Source: Vicinamibacteria bacterium (GTDB taxonomy: Bacteria; Acidobacteriota; Vicinamibacteria; Marinacidobacterales; Marinacidobacteraceae). Taken from it: 64,000 nucleotides of DNA. Under the pieces are notes generated by a model. It was given only the letters and a program-made list of their open reading frames with translations. It did not search any database and was not told the DNA's origin. Positions 59,538 through 64,000 of the stretch are shown piece after piece. Numbering within the stretch: position 1 is the stretch's first letter; each line of letters begins with the position of its first letter. A program made the position numbers and the translations under genes. The DNA lies in assembly GCA_963668695.2 (NCBI GenBank), contig CAXXLQ010000004.1:1600001-1664000 (forward strand). Direction: 5' to 3'.

Positions 59538-60518
59538 TCAGCCGGCTTCTTTGGGAGCGTTCGTTCCCCGTGGGTGGGTCTTTGAATACACCTCGAAGAT
59601 CTTCGCCGTCGAGACGTGTGTGTACTTCTGGGTGGTGGCCAGACTCGCGTGACCCAGCAGCTCCTGGATGGAACGCAAGTCGGCTCCCCGGTCGAGCAGA
59701 TGGGTCGCGAATGCGTGGCGCAGGGTGTGCGGTGAAACCGCCCCGGCGAGCCGTACCAGACCGGCTTCTCCCAGGTAGCGCTGCACTACGGTGCGCACGG
59801 ACCGGTCGGAAAGGCGTCCACCCCGGGAGTTCAGGAAAACGGCCTCCGCGTCCCCGTCGGTCCCCTGGATGCCGGCCCGGACCCGGAGCCAGGGGCCCAG
59901 CGCGTCGGCTGCGACCTCACCGAAAGGGACCACCCGCTCCTTGCGACCCTTTCCGAGGACCCGGAGGATCCGGTGGTTCGGGTTGAGGTCGGCGAGGTTG
60001 AGACTGACCAGTTCCGACACCCGCAGTCCCGTTCCGTACAGGAGTTCGAGAATGGCGAGATCGCGGCAGCCGAGCGCCGTGGTTGGATCCGGGGCGTTCA
60101 GCAAGGCCTCGACCTCGTCCATTTCCATGCGCGTCGGAATCCTCCCGGGAATCCGTGGCGCCTTGAGGGCCCGCGCCGGGTCCGTTTCCACCGCTCCCGA
60201 ACGGATGAGATACCGGTAGAGGGAACGCAGAGCCGCCAGCTTCCGCGCTACCGTCGTGCTGGACAGACCGCGCTCGTGAAGCGAGCCGAGGTAGGCGCGC
60301 AGCAAACCGGTGTCAACCTGTGACGCACCGGGGGTTCTATCCCCCGATCCGCGTTCCGCTTCGAGAAACTCGGTGAAGTGGGCGAGATCGCTTCCGTAGC
60401 TCCTGACCGTGTTGGGAGAGGCGCCGCGGCGCTCCTCCAGATCTTCCAGAAAATCCTGAATCAGCGCCCGCAGCGGAGCCGGCGACGACGCCGTGGGCTC
60501 TTCCGATCCGGGACTCAC
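59538..60518 (-). CDS. xerC: Tyrosine recombinase XerC
   Basis: ELLYGTGLRVSEL, GKGRKER.VP, SPHTLRHAFATHLL, LGH...TTQKYTHV; dprA-topA-xerC context. Confidence 0.93.
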   Translation of the reverse strand: MSPGSEEPTASSPAPLRALIQDFLEDLEERRGASPNTVRSYGSDLAHFTEFLEAERGSGDRTPGASQVDTGLLRAYLGSLHERGLSSTTVARKLAALRSLYRYLIRSGAVETDPARALKAPRIPGRIPTRMEMDEVEALLNAPDPTTALGCRDLAILELLYGTGLRVSELVSLNLADLNPNHRILRVLGKGRKERVVPFGEVAADALGPWLRVRAGIQGTDGDAEAVFLNSRGGRLSDRSVRTVVQRYLGEAGLVRLAGAVSPHTLRHAFATHLLDRGADLRSIQELLGHASLATTQKYTHVSTAKIFEVYSKTHPRGTNAPKEAG

Positions 60519-62797
60519 GAACTAGCGACTCGCGAGCGGGTGCCGCGTTTTGCCGCGGTCTTGCGGGACGTCGCTCTTTTGCCTTTCTTCGAGGGATCGG
60601 GCTGAATGTAGCGGCATTTCGGAAAACTGCTGCAGCCGACAAAGGGGCCGCGGCGGCTCTGCCTCTGGACGAGCTGTTCCCCGCACTCCGGACACGTCCC
60701 CTCCACCGGCACGGGCGCCGCGCGGGCGACGAGTCTGCCATTGCGGATCTGGATGATCTTCGTGCATTCGGGGTAGCGGGTGCAGCCGAGGAAAGCCCCG
60801 AAGCGTCCGCGCTTTTCGGACATGGGAGCCCCGCATTCCGGGCATACGGGCGCCTCTTCGTCGCTCGCTTCATCCCCTGGGTCCGTCAGCGACCGGCTGC
60901 CCCGGCAATCCGGGAAGCCTTCGCATCCGAGGAACTTCTCGCCGCCCGACCAGCGGAGAACAAGCGGACGTCCGCAGCGATCGCAAGGTTCGGCGGTCGG
61001 CAACCCCTTCACCCGTGGCATCTCGACGATGGCCTTTTCGAGGTCGCGGGAGAAATCTGCGTAAAACGCCTCCAGGGTGCCCTCGAAGCCGGCCTCTCCC
61101 TGCTCGATGCGGTCGAGGTTTTCCTCCATGTCCGCCGTGTAGCGGACGTTGAACAGGTTGTCGAAGCTCCCGGCAAGCAACTCGCTCACCAGCATGCCCA
61201 CCTCGGTGGGAACGAAGACCCGCTGCCTGGTCCGCACGTACTCCCGATCCTTGATCTTGCGCAGGGTCGGCACGTAGGTGCTGGGCCTCCCGATCCCGTT
61301 TTGCTCGAGCTTGCGGATCAGGCTCGCCTCGCTGTACCGCTTGGGCGGCGCCGTGAAGTGCTGGATCGGAAGAATCTGGTCAAGAGTGAGCGGCTGTCCG
61401 GCCCGCAGGGGCGGGATCACCGCTTTTCCCTCGGATTCCGCGGACGGCCCCGGGTCTTCCACTGCCTCGCGATAGAGCACCCGATACCCGCGTTCGATCA
61501 GCACGGACCCGGTCGCCACGAGTCGCTCCGGAGCCTGGCCGAAGCCGGGGATCTCGGGCATACCGCCGCCGCCCGGGGGTTCGGCGAGGATCGTGGCCTT
61601 GGTGTCATGCCATACGGCCGGGGTCATCTGGGAGGCGATGAACCGCTCCCAGATCATCCGATACAGCTTCCGCTGGTCCTCGCTGAGAAAGGCTGCCACC
61701 TGATCGGGGGACCGCTCGATCGAGGTAGGCCGGATGGCTTCGTGAGCGTCCTGCGCTCCCTTCAGTTTCCGGAAGTAGTTGGGCCGCTCCGGAAGGAAGT
61801 CACCGCCGAATCGCTGCCCGATGAACCTGCGCACATCCTGAAGCGCCTGATCCGAGACTCGGGTCGAATCCGTCCGCAGGTAGGTGATCAATCCCACTCG
61901 ATCGCCCGACCCGAGATCCACGCCCTCGTAGAGCCCCTGAGCGGCGCGCATCGTTCGGGCGGCAGGGAAGCGGAACAGGGAGGCCGCCTGCCGCTGCATG
62001 GTGCTCGTGATGAACGGGGGAGGCGCCTTCTCGTGACGATCCTTGGCCTCGACATCGCTCACCCGGAATTGGCACTGCCCGAGCGCATGCTGGATCTGGC
62101 GCGCTGTGGCCTCCTCCCGAACCGCCGGCTCCCGGGGGAGGCTCTTCGGCACTTCGGCGGTCGCACGGAGCGACGCCCCGTCGCTGGTGGCCAATTGGGC
62201 GTCGATCGTCCAGTACTCCTCGATGTTGAAAGCCCGAATCTCGCGTTCCCGGGTGCAGATGAGGCGCAGCGCGACCGACTGCACGCGGCCGGCGGAAAGA
62301 CGCGGAGCAACTTTCCGGGAAAGGAGGGGCGAGATCTTGTAGCCGACGATCCGGTCCAACACCCGCCGCGTCTGCTGGGCCTTCACCTTGTTCGCATCCA
62401 CCTCACCAGCCTGCTCGAGCGCTCTCCGGACCGCCGGCGGGGTGATCTCGTGGAAGGTGATCCGCTGGATTGGAACCCGGTGGCCGGGCCCCAGCGCGTC
62501 GAGAAACTCCTCCGCGAGGTCGTGGCTGATCGCTTCCCCTTCCCGGTCGGGGTCCGTTGCGAGATAGATGTGGGACGCCTTGCGGGCGGCGCGCTTCAGG
62601 CTGTCGAGGATCTTGGCCCGGTCCGGAACGACCTCGAATTGCGGGCGAAATCCGTTGGCTATGTCCACCGAAAGGCCGCGCTGCGGCAGGTCCCGAACGT
62701 GCCCGCCGGAGGCCATCACCCGGAAGGAGCCCCCCAGAAATCGCTCGATGGTTTTGGCCTTGGCGGCAGATTCGACGACGACGAGTGCGTTCCCCAT
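60515..62797 (-). CDS. topA: DNA topoisomerase I
   Basis: VVVESAAKAK, ATDPDREGEAI, SAGRVQS, LITYLRTDS, DAHEAIRPT, GIGRPSTY, three C-terminal zinc ribbons. Confidence 0.98.
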   Translation of the reverse strand: MGNALVVVESAAKAKTIERFLGGSFRVMASGGHVRDLPQRGLSVDIANGFRPQFEVVPDRAKILDSLKRAARKASHIYLATDPDREGEAISHDLAEEFLDALGPGHRVPIQRITFHEITPPAVRRALEQAGEVDANKVKAQQTRRVLDRIVGYKISPLLSRKVAPRLSAGRVQSVALRLICTREREIRAFNIEEYWTIDAQLATSDGASLRATAEVPKSLPREPAVREEATARQIQHALGQCQFRVSDVEAKDRHEKAPPPFITSTMQRQAASLFRFPAARTMRAAQGLYEGVDLGSGDRVGLITYLRTDSTRVSDQALQDVRRFIGQRFGGDFLPERPNYFRKLKGAQDAHEAIRPTSIERSPDQVAAFLSEDQRKLYRMIWERFIASQMTPAVWHDTKATILAEPPGGGGMPEIPGFGQAPERLVATGSVLIERGYRVLYREAVEDPGPSAESEGKAVIPPLRAGQPLTLDQILPIQHFTAPPKRYSEASLIRKLEQNGIGRPSTYVPTLRKIKDREYVRTRQRVFVPTEVGMLVSELLAGSFDNLFNVRYTADMEENLDRIEQGEAGFEGTLEAFYADFSRDLEKAIVEMPRVKGLPTAEPCDRCGRPLVLRWSGGEKFLGCEGFPDCRGSRSLTDPGDEASDEEAPVCPECGAPMSEKRGRFGAFLGCTRYPECTKIIQIRNGRLVARAAPVPVEGTCPECGEQLVQRQSRRGPFVGCSSFPKCRYIQPDPSKKGKRATSRKTAAKRGTRSRVASS

Positions 62798-62825
62798 GGT
62801 TCGCGTTCAGTGTAACGACAGCCTC

Positions 62826-63100
62826 TTGGCGATCATTCGGCTGCCTAACAGCCGGTGGCGAAACCCGGGCGGCGTTCGCCCGGCGATCCATCCCGGCAAA
62901 ACAGCCTGTAGTGGAACCCGCACGGCGTTCGGCCGGCGATCCATCCCGGCTGAACCGCGTCGCTTCGCGCCGCTCATCGTTACGTTTCGGTCGAAATACA
63001 CGCGGGCCAGTTCTCCCGGTGGGGGCTCCTCCCTCACGCGCCTTGTCAGCCGGGCGCCTCACCGGGCTCGGCGCTCACCCGGGTTCCACCACAGGCTATT
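62826..63100. mobile_element. MITE-like element with a duplicated 53-bp terminus, overlapping the dprA 3' end
   Basis: taacagccggtgg...ccacaggctatta. Confidence 0.8.
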
Positions 63101-64000
63101 AAGAAATCGCCGAGGAACCGGCGTACCAGGCCCCGCCGCTCCAGCTCCGAAACGGCGGCCAGCGCCGCTGGCACCGACAGGTTCGCGGAGTCGAGGAGCG
63201 TGTCCAGATCCATCCCCGAAGGCCGCCGCCGCAGCATGTCCAGCAGGTGGGCCGCGTCGGTTCCGGAGGCCGGTCCAGCGGTTTTGCCGCCGCTTCCGGA
63301 TTCCTCGAGGGTGGCGGTGTCCGGGCACGGCGCGGCGATTCGTAGGGCGAGCCCGAGTTCTTCCAAAATCTCCGGCACCGAGGTCGTCAGGGTGGCCCCC
63401 TGCCGGATCAGAGCGTGGCAGCCCACGCTGGTTTCCGACCCGATCGGACCCGGTACCGCGAAGACTTCGCGTCCGGAGTCCACCGCGTGACGCGCGGTAG
63501 CCAGGGAGCCGCTCCGCTCCGCGGCTTCCACCACCAGCGTCCCCAACGTGAGGCCGGCGATTACCCGGTTCCGACGGGGGAAGTGGTGCGGAAGCGGACG
63601 CGTCCCGGGGGGAAACTCGGTCAGCACCGCGCCGGAGGCGCTGCAGGCCCGGCTCAGTTCGCGGTGCTCAGGGGGATACAGGCAGTCATGCGCGGAGCCG
63701 AGGACGGCGACGGTTCTCCCGCCGGCCCGGAGCGCGGCCCGGTGGGCGGCCGCATCCACCCCGCGGGCAAGCCCGCTGACGACAGTGAGCCCGGCTTCGG
63801 CCAACCCGGCCGCGAATCGTTCCGCGACGGCGATCCCGTAGGGGCTAGCTCGCCTGGACCCCACAACCGCTACCGACGGTGCGGCAAGGTCAGTCTCGCC
63901 CGCTGCCTCAAGGGCGATAGGGGGCACCGCGAGTTCGGCGAGCCGCGCCGGATAGCCCGGCTGCCCCAGGATCAGCAAGCGTCGTCCGGCGGCCGCGGCC
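63046..64000 (-). CDS. dprA: DNA-processing protein DprA (5' end outside the window)
   Basis: VAVVGSR, VVSGLARGVDAAAH, HFPRRNRVIAGL, VVEAAERSGSL, GREVFAVPG, winged-helix C-terminus. Confidence 0.96.
   Translation of the reverse strand, partial: AAAAGRRLLILGQPGYPARLAELAVPPIALEAAGETDLAAPSVAVVGSRRASPYGIAVAERFAAGLAEAGLTVVSGLARGVDAAAHRAALRAGGRTVAVLGSAHDCLYPPEHRELSRACSASGAVLTEFPPGTRPLPHHFPRRNRVIAGLTLGTLVVEAAERSGSLATARHAVDSGREVFAVPGPIGSETSVGCHALIRQGATLTTSVPEILEELGLALRIAAPCPDTATLEESGSGGKTAGPASGTDAAHLLDMLRRRPSGMDLDTLLDSANLSVPAALAAVSELERRGLVRRFLGDFLIACGGTRVSAEPGEAPG

Noticed and set aside
59538-60518. xerC as the mobiliser of the 18-mer or MITEs
   Set aside because: It is a typical housekeeping XerC in dprA-topA context, and the repeats do not resemble dif sites.

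Overview
High-GC bacterial chromosome segment. The gene repertoire (GWxTD protein, Oar-like TonB-dependent receptors, PDZ-sensor kinase with sigma-54 regulator) suggests Acidobacteriota; this is an inference. It carries housekeeping genes (thiD, moaE, moaD, eno, serS, pncA, pncB, xerC, topA, dprA, MrfA/MrfB-type helicase-exonuclease pair), transporters (NhaC, TRAP, BCCT, four TonB-dependent-type receptors), two toxin-antitoxin pairs and five tRNAs including tRNA-Sec. A decayed 2.6-kb integrated element with integrase and portal remnants sits at tRNA-Ser(TGA), followed by an IS256 relic. The most unusual signal is in the non-coding DNA. About 12 MITE-like elements fill intergenic gaps, and two of them hold 6-9 tandem 90-bp units. 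An 18-bp sequence (CCCCACCGGGAGAACTGG, about 37 copies counted by eye) appears as a +18-bp insertion at many different sites and in both orientations, inside the MITEs and inside an unrelated REP-like palindrome. It behaves like an ultra-short mobile element with no visible enzyme. All calls are from motif recognition by eye; no searches were run.
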